A stretch of 64,000 nucleotides of DNA, taken from assembly GCA_963422375.2 (NCBI GenBank), contig OY729427.2:800001-864000 (forward strand), read 5' to 3'. The DNA comes from Bryobacterales bacterium. Lineage in GTDB: Bacteria > Acidobacteriota > Terriglobia > Bryobacterales > UBA6623. Shown piece after piece: positions 9,912 through 23,307 of the stretch. The notes beneath the pieces were generated by a model that searched no databases, was not told the origin of the DNA, and saw only the letters and a list, made by a program, of their open reading frames with translations. The position numbers were made by a program, and so were the translations under genes. Within the stretch, counting starts at the first letter, position 1, and every line of letters begins with the position of its first letter.

Positions 9912-10897
9912 AGACTGTTGCGTTCTTCAGCACGTATTCCGGAGTAGGACAGACTGCTCTAGTGTACCATTTGGCACACATGTACGCCGACCTTGGCCTG
10001 AATGCTCTGTCCGTGGACTTTGATCCCCAGTCCAGTCTCACGTACGCGTGCCTAGATGAGACTATGCTGAATACACTATGGTCGGACAAGAATAGCATTC
10101 CGTCCACTGCATATGGGACCATTCGCTCCATCCTTAAAGGCAGGAATGCGTCGAACTCGCAGCGCACGATAGAAGTGTCTCCGGGTTTCAATATCCTAGC
10201 CGGAGATCTATTGCTTGGCAAATCCGAGAACGACCTAATCGAGCTATTGGCACGCTGCTCCGACCGGACAGAGCAGAGAAATCGACTCAACGACGGCATC
10301 CGGCTAGCTATGGAGCGTGCCGGGCCAGTCTCGGAAGCCAAACTAGGCCTGTTTGACGTAGGTCCGAGCCTCGGAGAGCTGAACCGGGCCGTGCTGTCTG
10401 CCAGCGACGAAGTCGTAGTCTCTCTAGCTCCCGACTTCCGCTCACTTAGGGGACTACAAGCATTCAGACCGGCGCTGCAGGCGTGGAATCGCTCTTGGAC
10501 AGGCCGCCTTGTGGCCCGGGGGCCCAGTTATGACACTCTCAATCTCAAGGGATCCGGCGTGAATTGTGCCGGCTGCTTCGTCATCGAGCAGCCCGCGCGC
10601 CTGAACCGGCCGCAGAACCGTCAGGCTTGGAGGCAGCGCGTGATTGCGGAGTTCCGTCATGTGATGCAAGAGATGCCGATGCGCAAAGAGGTTTCGTCGG
10701 CCTGCGCCCCTCTCGTCACCGTGCCGCATCACGGCATGCTAGTAACTCTTGCTCAAGAGGCTCGCAGGCCTATATTCTTCCTGAAACCCGCGGATGGCAT
10801 GACCGCCGTCGACATGGTATCCGTCCAAGATTGCTATCGCGAATTCCGCGAGATTGCATTGACTCTCTCAAGAGCTTGGAGGATCGATCTGGATTGA
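9908..10897 (+). CDS. ParA/Soj-family ATPase-like protein with degenerate Walker A
   Basis: MKTVAFFSTYSGVGQTALVYHLA (family consensus NNKGGVGKT), DFDPQSSLT, FDVGPSLGELNRAVL; ATGA overlap with the upstream stop. Confidence 0.8.
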   Translation: MKTVAFFSTYSGVGQTALVYHLAHMYADLGLNALSVDFDPQSSLTYACLDETMLNTLWSDKNSIPSTAYGTIRSILKGRNASNSQRTIEVSPGFNILAGDLLLGKSENDLIELLARCSDRTEQRNRLNDGIRLAMERAGPVSEAKLGLFDVGPSLGELNRAVLSASDEVVVSLAPDFRSLRGLQAFRPALQAWNRSWTGRLVARGPSYDTLNLKGSGVNCAGCFVIEQPARLNRPQNRQAWRQRVIAEFRHVMQEMPMRKEVSSACAPLVTVPHHGMLVTLAQEARRPIFFLKPADGMTAVDMVSVQDCYREFREIALTLSRAWRIDLD

Positions 10898-11278
10898 TAT
10901 AACCGACGAGACAGTTGCCTCTGCCTGCCTCTGTCGCGGGGGCACGCGCCTTCCAGCGAACCGGCCTCGGTCGCCATCCCCGCGGGCATGGAACGCCCGC
11001 CTGTGGGTTCGCCTTACATGCAGGCCTTACCAGCGACTGACCCAAGCCCAGTCACGCACGACTCCATGAACGAGCCAGAGGGGCGGCGAGCGCCCGCGCT
11101 GCCCTTCATTCGCGACCGCGCAGACGGGCAACATCAGGCAACATTGGACGCCATCGCGGTCGGCACCGGTCGACATCCGACGGCAGGCCGCCGTCCCCGT
11201 CCGGGGCGACCCAGCCCCTTGGCCCTTCGCCAGAGGCCCGTGAAGACGGCCCGTCGACTGATAGAATGAAAATTCGGG

Positions 11279-12346
11279 GTGTCGCAGGAACGCGTGGCGG
11301 CTCGCGTCGCGCGCTCCGTCAGTAGGCCTGCGTTCGGAATACCGGTGGGAGGCAAGCAGCTAGCCGCGCTTCTCTGGATCTTGCTGGCGCTCGGGCCGCC
11401 GGTCGGCCGGTCCCAAGATCCGGCTTGGGACGAGTCCATCGCCTCCGCAAGGCGAGCGGCTGCGTCCAAGCAGTTCGACCAGGCCGAACGCATCCTGCGG
11501 CAGGCGCGAAGCCTGTCGCGGACGTTCGCTACCGACGACCCCCGTCGCGTCGTGCCCCTGATGGAACTAGCCAGGCTGCACCTCGGTCGCGGCGACTACG
11601 CGCAGCCCGAGCAACTCTACCGGGAGGCCGACCCGATAGCGCGGCAGGCATGGGGAGCGGAGAGCCCGGAGTACGCCTCGCTCCTGAACGACATCGGACG
11701 CTACTACCATCTCCGGGTCCGGCACGCGGACGCCGAGCGGTTCTACAAGCTGGCATTCGGCATCCGCACCAGACTGCTCGGGAGGCAGCACCCGGACGTT
11801 GCCGCCAGTCTCTGCAACCTAGCCGTGCTCTACGAGAACCAAGTCCTCTACCCGAAGGCCGAGACCTACTACCGCACGGCCCTCGACATTCGCGAGAGAA
11901 GCGTCGGGCCGAACCATCCGGACACGGTCGTCACCCTAGAGCACTACGCGCGCCTGCTGCACAAGCTCTCGCGTTCTGACGAAGCTGCCCCGCTCGACCA
12001 GCGGGCTCGCACGTTCCGCCGGGCGAGATCCGAACAAGCGGAGACGTCGGATATCGGTCCCGTCAATGCCGGAGGAAGCGTGCGGTCGGCCGTCCTGCTC
12101 GAACGCACGGAGCCGGAATACACCGGCGAGGCGCGCATCGCGAACCACGAGGGCAGCGTGCTGCTGCAGGCCGACGTGAACGCCGAGGGGCGCGCGGCGA
12201 ACATCCTCGTCCTGCGCCATCTAGGCTTGGGCCTGGACGAGAAGGCTATCGAGGCCGTGGGTCAGTGGCGCTTCAGGCCGGCCCGCAGCCATGGACGCAG
12301 CGTCGCGTCCAGAGTCCGGCTGGAAATCGAATTCCGCCTGATGTAG
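11279..12346 (+). CDS. TPR-repeat protein fused to a TonB C-terminal domain; start uncertain
   Basis: Hydrophobic N-terminal segment; kinesin-light-chain-like TPRs (HPDVAASLCNLAVLY, HPDTVVTLEHYA); TonB_C motifs PEYTGEAR...GLDEKAIEAVGQWRFRPA. Confidence 0.85.
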   Translation: MSQERVAARVARSVSRPAFGIPVGGKQLAALLWILLALGPPVGRSQDPAWDESIASARRAAASKQFDQAERILRQARSLSRTFATDDPRRVVPLMELARLHLGRGDYAQPEQLYREADPIARQAWGAESPEYASLLNDIGRYYHLRVRHADAERFYKLAFGIRTRLLGRQHPDVAASLCNLAVLYENQVLYPKAETYYRTALDIRERSVGPNHPDTVVTLEHYARLLHKLSRSDEAAPLDQRARTFRRARSEQAETSDIGPVNAGGSVRSAVLLERTEPEYTGEARIANHEGSVLLQADVNAEGRAANILVLRHLGLGLDEKAIEAVGQWRFRPARSHGRSVASRVRLEIEFRLM

Positions 12347-12748
12347 CGGCATCCCCCAGCGCGCCCGGCGCAAGGGCGTCCGCGCACGAGCGGCGTCCAA
12401 GGCGGACCGTCGCGGCTGCCTCTCGCCAGTCCGGCACGGCGAACGCGCCTTAATGCCGGTCACGGTTCACGGCGGTTTCGACGAAGCCGCCGCAGCGAGC
12501 GGCCTCTGCACCGGCTGCGACCGGCGCGACTTACCGGAAGCGGGCGCTGCCGCCTCGCCATCTCAGGGATCGTCGATCACGCGAGCGCATGCCTCAGGGC
12601 GGTGCGTTCGGGCCGGCCGCAGGCTCCGCCAATCACGCTCGAACCGGCGGACTGCTCGTGAGAGCCGAGTCTCCGCGCGGACCCGCATCGGGAAGCTCTC
12701 GGCGCGCAGGGGAGGCACGCAGCACCCCGTCTGCCCCCCGAGCAGCCG

Positions 12749-12782
12749 AAAAAAGGAGGCCCTTCCCCGGGGAGGAAGGGCC
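12749..12782 (-). terminator. Rho-independent terminator of the 12835-14565 gene
   Basis: 9-bp stem GGCCCTTCC (12758-12766) / GGAAGGGCC (12774-12782), followed on the minus strand by TCC-TTTTTT. Confidence 0.75.
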
Positions 12783-12834
12783 CGGCCCGGTCGCGTCGGC
12801 GCATCCATGCCGCCGACGCACTCGGGATTACGCA

Positions 12835-14565
12835 CTATTCGACGTCGTAGTCGAACTCGTCACCGAAGAAGGTCCATTCCTCGAGCCAGTTAACGCCGTT
12901 GCAGAACGCGCCGATGCACGCGGCGCTGGTATCGAGAGCGCCATCGGAAGGGGGAGCGGCGCCGGCACCGATCAGCAAGGCCGGCGATCCAGCCTTCGGG
13001 CGCGGGTCGGGATTGCCCTCGTAGCGAACATTGACCAAGTCCGGGGCCAGGTCTTGGAACCCGATGGACGCTTCGACGCCCCCCTTGAACTGCGCCAAGC
13101 CCTCGAGGCCGCCGTTGGCGTGGATGATCGAGTTCTTGATGCTGCTGCTGCCGTTGCTGAAGAAGTCGGGAGAGTTGTCCCGCACGTCCAAGGCCTCGCC
13201 GCCGAACCCGGTCATCAGCAGGTTCCTTGCCGTTACCTGCGTGCCGACGCGAAGCCTCATTCCGTCACCCGACGAGGGCGCATTCTCGTCCTGCACCAGC
13301 GCACCAACCATCGTGACGTTGTAGAGCTTCGGGTGTGACCGGGGCGTCCTGTCGAAGCCCGAACTGTCGTTGTCGGCCTCGATGCCGTTGTCACCGTCTG
13401 GATCCTGGTGGATGAAGACGTACTGCGCGGTGCCCTGCCAGCCGAACGCCCAGTCGAGCGAGTCGTCCTTGGAACCACTCGACACGCAGTAGGTGCAGTT
13501 GGCCGTCCCGCCGAAGAACTCGATGCCGTCGTCCTCGCCCTCGTGAGCCTGGATATGGTCGATCACCGTGCCCGAGCCGACGCCGTGGAAGCCGAAGGCG
13601 TTGGGCTGGGTCTCGGGGTTGAAATCGACGCCGGCGAACTCGACCCGCACGTACCGCAGCACGCCGCTCGAGTCGTCAGGATTGCTTCCGCCGTAGACCG
13701 GCCGCGTCTCGGGATTCACGCCCTCGGCTAGGCCCGTACCGCGGGTCATCGGGGCGTCGCCCAGAACGATCAGGCCGGCCCAGCAGCCCGAATGGCGCTG
13801 GCCCACCGGGGCGTCGCAGGTCATCACGACCGGAGCTTCGCGACGGCCTTCGGCGTGGATCTTACCACCCTTCTCCACCACGATGACCGCATTCTGGCCC
13901 CTGGCCAGGATCAAGGTGCCGGCCTCGATGGTCAGGGTCGCTCCGGCGTTGACGAAGACTTGATGCTGGATCTTGTAAATCGTGTCGTTCGTCCAGCTCG
14001 TGTCCTCGGCGATCTCGGTGTCCTTGCCGTCGGCGCCCAGCACCACGTCCGCCTTTTCCGTCACCACGAACTTCGCATGCACGCGCTTGACTATCTGAGT
14101 CTTGTCAGGGCTGCGAAGCTCCCCGACAACCTCCCACAGGCCGGGCGCCGGCACGTTGCCCGACCAGATCTTCCGCTTCTCCATCGCGGCGATGCTCAGC
14201 GGAATGGGCTGGGACTGGTCCAAGGGCAGCCCGAGGGCGTCCATTACGGTCGTCGAAAGGGCGTCCGAATCCTCCCTGATATCCAGGTACCAGCGCTGGC
14301 CGGTCTCGATGCTCTGCATGTAGACGAAGGCCGTGTAGAGCCCGGCGTCGCCCATGTCGTCGATCGACAGGTAGACCTGCATCTGCTCGCCCGTCTCGTA
14401 GCCGAGCTTGTCCGTCCAAAGCACGGTCTTGGCCGGCGTCGGAGCCATGACGCCGCTCTCGGCTGCCATCGGGGCGATCCCCGGCAGCATTAGCTGGCCA
14501 GCCGCCACGAACGGCCCCGCGCAGAGCGCCGCCAGAATCAGCAACGGGATTAGAATGTGTCTCAT
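12835..14565 (-). CDS. Secreted protein with a predicted parallel beta-helix domain
   Basis: Signal peptide MRHILIPLLILAALCAGPFVAA; LTIEAGT, DDSSGVLRYVRVEFAG, DDGIEFFGG, DDSLDW motifs; GAGGAGG SD. Confidence 0.75.
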   Translation of the reverse strand: MRHILIPLLILAALCAGPFVAAGQLMLPGIAPMAAESGVMAPTPAKTVLWTDKLGYETGEQMQVYLSIDDMGDAGLYTAFVYMQSIETGQRWYLDIREDSDALSTTVMDALGLPLDQSQPIPLSIAAMEKRKIWSGNVPAPGLWEVVGELRSPDKTQIVKRVHAKFVVTEKADVVLGADGKDTEIAEDTSWTNDTIYKIQHQVFVNAGATLTIEAGTLILARGQNAVIVVEKGGKIHAEGRREAPVVMTCDAPVGQRHSGCWAGLIVLGDAPMTRGTGLAEGVNPETRPVYGGSNPDDSSGVLRYVRVEFAGVDFNPETQPNAFGFHGVGSGTVIDHIQAHEGEDDGIEFFGGTANCTYCVSSGSKDDSLDWAFGWQGTAQYVFIHQDPDGDNGIEADNDSSGFDRTPRSHPKLYNVTMVGALVQDENAPSSGDGMRLRVGTQVTARNLLMTGFGGEALDVRDNSPDFFSNGSSSIKNSIIHANGGLEGLAQFKGGVEASIGFQDLAPDLVNVRYEGNPDPRPKAGSPALLIGAGAAPPSDGALDTSAACIGAFCNGVNWLEEWTFFGDEFDYDVE

Positions 14566-14758
14566 TGGTCGAGTCCTCCTCACTGTCTTATGAATCGGCT
14601 GGCGGACCTGCGATCCGACCCGCCAAGCCTCCCTCTAGGAACTCTGGTGCGCTGCCCGCCGCCGACGCGACCGCGCATTGGCGCCAAGCGGCTCACCCTG
14701 CAAGGGCCCTCGGACGCGTGCCCGCACCCTGAACCTGATCTCAGCCTAGGCACGGAGT

Positions 14759-14796
14759 GTTACCCGCAAGCAACGGGTCGGTTAAGTCTCGGTGAA
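14759..14796 (-). promoter_or_regulatory. Putative OmpR/PhoB-type tandem direct-repeat operator
   Basis: Minus-strand pentamers TTCAC, TTAAC, GTTGC, GTAAC at exact 11-bp period (+ starts 14792, 14781, 14770, 14759) in a divergent intergenic region. Confidence 0.45.
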
Positions 14797-14863
14797 GATC
14801 GCCTCGGCAGGACAGGGCGCTCGGCTTCATGGAAGGGCCGCCGCGCCGTTCGACAATAGGGGC

Positions 14864-16141
<1,278 letters not shown>

Positions 16142-16208
16142 CTGCCCCCCGATCCGCTACGCTTGATGCGGCAGCGCCGGTCCGAGCTGCCCGAGCCGAC
16201 CAGTCACC

Positions 16209-17822
16209 ATGGAGACCACGCCATCCGGCTCCGCAGCTCCCGCTCGATGGGCGTGGCTCGTGCCGGTCGGCACGGTCTTCCTCTCGAGCCTCTGCATCAT
16301 GGTGCTCGAGCTTGTCGCGGGGCGGCTGATCGCCCGCCATGTCGGCAGCTCCCTCTACACCTGGACCTCGGTGATCGGCGTCGTCCTAGCCGGCATCGCC
16401 GCCGGAAACTACGTAGGCGGGCGCCTCGCCGACCGCTTCCCGCCAAAGGACACCCTGGCAGCGCTGTTCCTGGTCGCTTCAGCCATCTGCCTGCTCGTTC
16501 CCGTGCTCAACAATCGGGTCGGGGGCCTGGAGACCATGCGCACGCTGGACTGGCCGGTGCGCATCGCCCTGCACGTATTCCTGGTATTCTTCGCGCCGTC
16601 CTGCCTGCTGGGCATGATCAGCCCGGTCGCCGCCAAGATGGCCATCGAGCTCGGGCAGCAGCTGGGCCGCACCATCGGCAGCGTGTACTCGTGGGGCACA
16701 ATCGGCAGCATTATCGGGACGTTCCTGACCGGATACCTGCTGATCGCCAAGATGGGCACCACGGCCGTACTCCTGTCCGTTTCCGCGGTCCTGCTGCTGC
16801 TGGCGCTGGCTTTCGGCGGGTCAAGCGCGCTGCCGTACCTCTGGAGCGGCGTGCTGCTCGGCGTCCTAGTCGCCGCGTGGGGGCCGTTCGAGTGGGCCCG
16901 GACCATCGGGGAGCGCTTGGGATTCCGGGAGACCGGCTCCGATCTGGTGCTCTTGGAGGACGAGTCGCAGTACTCGTTCATCCGCGTCGAGGACGTGATC
17001 GAGACTCCGGGTCTGCGGTCGATGACGCTCGACTACCTCGTCCATGCCTACATCGACCTCAGCGACCCGGACAACCTGCACTACGACTACGAACGCATCT
17101 ACGCCGGAGTCACGGAAGAGACTGTCCGCGCCCATCACCCGGGCGGGGCCGTCCGGGCGCTGTTCCTAGGCGGTGGCGGGTACGTGTTCCCGCAGTGGCT
17201 CGTGCGCCGCTACCCGGCCAGCTTCGGCGAGGTCGTGGAGATCGACCCGCAGGTCACCCGCGCCGCTTTCGACGCCTTCGGCTTGGAGCCCGCCACGCCC
17301 CTGCACATCGTCCACCTGGACGCCCGCAACCGCGTCGACGAGCTGCTCGCGCTGGCGCAGCGCTCCGAGCTGCCCGCCAAGTTCGACTTGGTGTACAACG
17401 ACGCCTTCAACCACTACTCCCCGCCGTTCCATCTCACGACGGTGGAATACGTGCGCAAGCTCCGCGCCCTGATGAGCGACGACTCCGTGTTCCTCGCCAA
17501 CACGATCGACATCTTCCGCTCGGGCCGCTTCCTCGGCGCGATGATCAACACGGTGGAGGAGGTCTTTCCATACGTCTACACCTTCTGCACGTCCCCGGGC
17601 GGCCCCTCGGACGAGGACGACCGGGACACCTTCGTGGTCGCCGGCTCCACCCGGATGCTGCCGGTGCTCGGCCTCGACTACCTGAAGTACAGCGCGGCGC
17701 TGCTGTCGCCCCGGGACACGGCCCTGCTGCGCCGACGGTCCAAGGGCCTGGTCCTCACCGACGACTACGCGCCGGTGGACAATCTGCTCACGCCGGTCAT
17801 TCGCTTGGTGGAGCGGGAGTAG
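16209..17822 (+). CDS. Fused membrane (MFS-like) / spermidine-synthase-like methyltransferase
   Basis: MVLELVAGRLIARHVGSSLYTWTSVIG, LFLGGGGY, VEIDPQV, DAF, LTDDYAPVDNL. Confidence 0.9.
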   Translation: METTPSGSAAPARWAWLVPVGTVFLSSLCIMVLELVAGRLIARHVGSSLYTWTSVIGVVLAGIAAGNYVGGRLADRFPPKDTLAALFLVASAICLLVPVLNNRVGGLETMRTLDWPVRIALHVFLVFFAPSCLLGMISPVAAKMAIELGQQLGRTIGSVYSWGTIGSIIGTFLTGYLLIAKMGTTAVLLSVSAVLLLLALAFGGSSALPYLWSGVLLGVLVAAWGPFEWARTIGERLGFRETGSDLVLLEDESQYSFIRVEDVIETPGLRSMTLDYLVHAYIDLSDPDNLHYDYERIYAGVTEETVRAHHPGGAVRALFLGGGGYVFPQWLVRRYPASFGEVVEIDPQVTRAAFDAFGLEPATPLHIVHLDARNRVDELLALAQRSELPAKFDLVYNDAFNHYSPPFHLTTVEYVRKLRALMSDDSVFLANTIDIFRSGRFLGAMINTVEEVFPYVYTFCTSPGGPSDEDDRDTFVVAGSTRMLPVLGLDYLKYSAALLSPRDTALLRRRSKGLVLTDDYAPVDNLLTPVIRLVERE

Positions 17823-19008
17823 CCCTCGGGCGACGGACCGCCCGGGCCTCGGTCGGACTCGCCAGGTCGTAGATCCGCCCCCGCCAGGCGATGCGACGCG
17901 TGAGGGCGGACCGCAGGAAGGCGTGCAGCCAGACCCAAGTGGCCAGCGGCGTCATCCAGAAGTAGACCCAGCCGTAGCGCTCCAGCCAGCCCTCGCGCTC
18001 GGGGAACACCAGCGCGCAGACGTAGGCGCGCATCCCGCCCTTCGCCATTCCGGGCAGCAGGATCAGCAGCAGGGCGGCGAGCCCGACCGGATTCCCCTGC
18101 AGTGCCTGCAGCAGGCACAGCGCCTGCGCCCCGCAGTAGGCCACATGGCTGACGCATCCGGCCAGCCACGTCCGGAACCGGTAGACGCGCATGATCGTCA
18201 GCTGCCGCACGGTCCAGGACAGGAACTCGGACCGGCCGCACTGCCCGGTCGAGGCGACCATGGCCTCAGGCGCGAACCGGATGCCGAGGCCGGCCGCGCT
18301 CAGCGCGTCGCTCAGGCGCAGGTCGTCGCTGACCGCTCCCCGCCAGAAGTCGCGGACCCGGGCCGAGTCGAACACGGAGCGGCGCAGGGCCGTGCCCCCG
18401 CCCCACGCGAAGCTCCGGCCGTTCCGGTCCATGATGGTGGTCACGGCGGAATCCCACACGCTGCGGAGCAGCGGCCAGAATCCGCCTTCCTCCGGAAAGT
18501 GCCAGCGGTAGGCCGTGACCGCCCCGAGCGCGGGGTCGGCCAGGGGGGCGACGAGCTTCCGCAGCCAGCCCGGCGTGACCTCGCCGTCCGAGTCCGCGAA
18601 GACCAGCACCTCCGCGCCATCACCCGCCGCATCAACCCCGGCGAGCAGGTTGTGAACCTTCTCGCCGGTTCCGGGAGGCGGCTCGCCCGCGACCGCCACG
18701 CGGCAGCCGGGCCCGAGCGCGAGGCGGGCCGCTCCGAGAGCCGGGTCGGACGCGTCGGCGCAGCAGACCACGACCTGGTAGCGCGGGTAGTCCTGCAAGG
18801 CGAGGGACGCAAGATTCGCCGCCAGGCCGTGCTCGGCGCCCTTGACGGGCACGACCAGCGCTACCGCGGGGAGCTCGCGGTCGGGAACGCGAGGCGGGTC
18901 GCGCAGGCGGTCCTCGACGTAGTCGAGAAAATCGCGGCCGCTCTTGGCGGACAGCAGCGCGCCGACGCAGGCCGGAACGGCGAAGAGCCAGAACAGCGCG
19001 TCAAGCAC
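17797..19008 (-). CDS. Glycosyltransferase family 2/21 (ceramide glucosyltransferase / HpnI-like)
   Basis: VPVKG, LQDYP, EKVHNL, FADSD, SDDL, RQ motif, C-terminal [11 protein letters not shown] start at 19008. Confidence 0.85.
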   Translation of the reverse strand: MLDALFWLFAVPACVGALLSAKSGRDFLDYVEDRLRDPPRVPDRELPAVALVVPVKGAEHGLAANLASLALQDYPRYQVVVCCADASDPALGAARLALGPGCRVAVAGEPPPGTGEKVHNLLAGVDAAGDGAEVLVFADSDGEVTPGWLRKLVAPLADPALGAVTAYRWHFPEEGGFWPLLRSVWDSAVTTIMDRNGRSFAWGGGTALRRSVFDSARVRDFWRGAVSDDLRLSDALSAAGLGIRFAPEAMVASTGQCGRSEFLSWTVRQLTIMRVYRFRTWLAGCVSHVAYCGAQALCLLQALQGNPVGLAALLLILLPGMAKGGMRAYVCALVFPEREGWLERYGWVYFWMTPLATWVWLHAFLRSALTRRIAWRGRIYDLASPTEARAVRRPRATPAPPSE

Positions 19009-19091
19009 GTCGGAGCATAGCACGCGCGGCGGTCCCCCGCCGGGCGGCTCGGGAGGCGGGGGCGCCGCTCGGCCGTGATACGTTGGCTTGC

Positions 19092-20642
<1,551 letters not shown>

Positions 20643-20667
20643 GATCGCGGCAGGCCCTGACCCGTCG

Positions 20668-21087
20668 CTAGCCCTGCTCGAGCGCGCTGAAGAAGAACGC
20701 CCGCTCGGCGACCGCGGTCCCGGGGGCGTCGGAGCCGTGGATGGCATTCCTCTCGATGTCGGTGCCGAAGAGGTTCCGGATCGTGCCCTCGGCCGCCTGC
20801 AGCGAGTTCGTGGCTCCCATGACCTCGCGCAGCGCCGCGACCGCGCCGTCGCGCTCGAGCACCATCGCGACGATCGGGCCCGATGTCATGAATGCGACCA
20901 GGCTGTCGAAGAAGGGCCGCTCCCGATGCACGGCGTAGAAGCTGCGGGCCCGCGCCTCGCTGAGCGTGAGCTTCTTCATGGCGACGATCACAAAGCCTTC
21001 CCGCTCGAGGCGTGCGATGATACGGCCCGCGTTTCCGGCGGCGACGGCATCCGGCTTGATGATGCTCAGCGTTCGTTCGATTTGCAT
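20668..21087 (-). CDS. ndk: Nucleoside-diphosphate kinase
   Basis: ERTLSIIKPDAV, FYAVHRERPFF, RNAIHGSD. Confidence 0.97.
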   Translation of the reverse strand: MQIERTLSIIKPDAVAAGNAGRIIARLEREGFVIVAMKKLTLSEARARSFYAVHRERPFFDSLVAFMTSGPIVAMVLERDGAVAALREVMGATNSLQAAEGTIRNLFGTDIERNAIHGSDAPGTAVAERAFFFSALEQG

Positions 21088-21140
21088 CGGCTCCTCCCAC
21101 GGCCCGCCGGGCGACGGGCACATTGCGACGGACCGGCCGA

Positions 21141-22004
21141 CTACAGCAGCCCGGCCAGCGTGGACGCAAGCTCCGCCGGGGTGGGAGCCACCGCGATGCC
21201 CGCCGCTTCCATCGCCGCCTGCTTGGCTCCGGCGGTGCCCTTGCCTCCGGAAATGATCGCCCCCGCGTGCCCCATGCGGCGCCCGGGGGGTGCCGTGGCC
21301 CCGGCGATGAAGCCGGCGATGGGCTTGCTGAAACCGCGCTGGACCCACTCGGCGGCTTCCTCTTCGGCCGATCCCCCGATCTCGCCGATCATGATGACGC
21401 CGTTCGTGGCGGGGTCGCGGTTGAACAGGTCCAGCACGTCGATGAAGCTCGTGCCGATGATCGGGTCGCCGCCGATCCCGATGCAGGTAGACTGCCCGAT
21501 TCCCATGCCGGTGAGCTGGCCCACCGCCTCGTAGGTCAGCGTCCCGGATCGCGAGACCACGCCGACCGCCCCTTGGCGATGGATGTGACCCGGCATGATG
21601 CCCAGCTTGCACCTGCCCGGCGAGATCACGCCGGGGCAGTTCGGCCCGACCAGGCGCGTGCGGCTGCCCCGCAGGGCCGCAGCGACGGAGATCATGTCGC
21701 GGACGGGAATGCCTTCGGTGATGCAGGCGACCAGGCCGATCTCGGATTCCACCGCTTCCAGAATCGCGTCCCCCGCCGCCGGCGCCGGGACGAATATGAT
21801 CGAGGCGTTCGGGCGGGCCTGCTCGACGGCCGCGCGCATCGAGTCGAACACCGGGAATCCGAGGGCCGTCTGACCGCCCCGCCCGGGATGGACGCCGGCC
21901 ACGACGTTCGCCCCGAAGCGCATGCACTGGTCGGCATGGAACAGGCCGGCCCTGCCCAGCCCTTGGACGGCGACACGGGTCTCTTCGTTGACTAGGATGC
22001 TCAT
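21141..22004 (-). CDS. sucD: Succinyl-CoA synthetase alpha subunit
   Basis: [29 protein letters not shown]. Confidence 0.97.
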   Translation of the reverse strand: MSILVNEETRVAVQGLGRAGLFHADQCMRFGANVVAGVHPGRGGQTALGFPVFDSMRAAVEQARPNASIIFVPAPAAGDAILEAVESEIGLVACITEGIPVRDMISVAAALRGSRTRLVGPNCPGVISPGRCKLGIMPGHIHRQGAVGVVSRSGTLTYEAVGQLTGMGIGQSTCIGIGGDPIIGTSFIDVLDLFNRDPATNGVIMIGEIGGSAEEEAAEWVQRGFSKPIAGFIAGATAPPGRRMGHAGAIISGGKGTAGAKQAAMEAAGIAVAPTPAELASTLAGLL

Positions 22005-22017
22005 GGCTGCTCGCCCG

Positions 22018-23172
22018 CTACGCGGCCCTCGCGACGGCCTGGGTCGCGGCTTCTTTCATGTCGGGAGCGACGATGAAGTCGAGTCCCGAGCTGGCGAGAA
22101 TCTCGCGGCCCTGCTCGACGTTGGTCCCCTCCAGGCGCAGCACGATCGGCACGCCGATCGCCAGCTCCCTGGCCGCGGCCACGATGCCCTCCGCGAGGAC
22201 GTCGACCTTGAGGATCCCGCCGAAGATGTTGACGAGAATGGCCTTCACGTTCGGGTCGGACAGGATGATTCGGAAGCCGTTCTTGATCTGCTCCGTGTTC
22301 GCGCCGCCGCCGACGTCGAGGAAGTTCGCCGGCATGCCGCCCGCGTACTGGATGATGTCCATCGTGGCCATCGCCAGCCCGGCCCCGTTTACCATGCATC
22401 CCACGTTGCCGTCCAGCTTGATGTAGTTGAGAGCGTGGTCGATGGCGTCCGTCTCGAGGGGCTCCTCCTCGTCGAGATCCCGCAGCCGGACTAGGTCGGG
22501 ATGGCGGAACAGCGCGCTGTCGTCGATGTCCATCTTGGCGTCCAGCGCGACGGCGCGGCCGTCACTTGTCAGCACGAAGGGATTGATCTCGACAAGAGAG
22601 GCGTCCGCCTCGCCGTAAGCCCTGGCCAGGGCCTGGATGGCCTGCAGGGTCGGCTTGAGGAGATCGCCTCCGATACCCAGCCCGAAGGCGAGGCGCCGCG
22701 CGCGGTACGGGCGCAGCCCGCTCTCGTCCAAGGCCTCCCGCAGGATGGCCTGCGGGTTGCGGGCGGCGACAACCTCGATTTCCATGCCGCCTTCGGCGGA
22801 CGCCATGAATGTCGGCCGGGCCAGCGAGCGGTCCAGCGTGATCCCGAGGTAGATCTCGCGCTCGATCGGGAGCTGCTCCTCGACCAGCACGCGCTTGACC
22901 AGCCGGCCCGCCGGGCCGGTCTGGTGGGTCACCAAGTTCATGCCGAGGATGCGGGCCGCCTGGCGCTCGGCCTCGCCGGCGCTGGCGGCGAGCTGGACGC
23001 CCCCACCCTTGCCACGCCCGCCGGCGTGGATCTGCGCCTTCACGACCACCTTCCCTCCGAGCCGCTCGGCCGCCTCGCGCGCCTCGGAGGGGGAAGCCGC
23101 GACGATGCCCCGCGGCGTCGGCACGCCGTACGCGCGCAGGACCCCCTTGGCCTGGTATTCGTGAATCTTCAT
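22018..23172 (-). CDS. sucC: Succinyl-CoA synthetase beta subunit
   Basis: [45 protein letters not shown]. Confidence 0.97.
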   Translation of the reverse strand: MKIHEYQAKGVLRAYGVPTPRGIVAASPSEAREAAERLGGKVVVKAQIHAGGRGKGGGVQLAASAGEAERQAARILGMNLVTHQTGPAGRLVKRVLVEEQLPIEREIYLGITLDRSLARPTFMASAEGGMEIEVVAARNPQAILREALDESGLRPYRARRLAFGLGIGGDLLKPTLQAIQALARAYGEADASLVEINPFVLTSDGRAVALDAKMDIDDSALFRHPDLVRLRDLDEEEPLETDAIDHALNYIKLDGNVGCMVNGAGLAMATMDIIQYAGGMPANFLDVGGGANTEQIKNGFRIILSDPNVKAILVNIFGGILKVDVLAEGIVAAARELAIGVPIVLRLEGTNVEQGREILASSGLDFIVAPDMKEAATQAVARAA

Positions 23173-23307
23173 GCGCGGACTCCGGCTGGGTATGATCAGG
23201 GGCGACCGGCGGCGCCCGAAATCCTACTACAGAGAGCGTAGAAAGCGATTGTACCGAATCTGTTGCGGCGCTCGACTGCGCGTCTCGAACCCCGGAGGAC
23301 GGAGACT

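Noticed and set aside
14590..14860. Possible ZTP or glycine riboswitch before glyA
   Set aside because: Consensus aptamer motifs are not recognisable, and glyA looks leaderless
20668..21927. Apparent 419-aa ndk fusion
   Set aside because: The upstream part is an alternate frame of sucD; ndk has its own GGAGGAG SD and ATG at 21087
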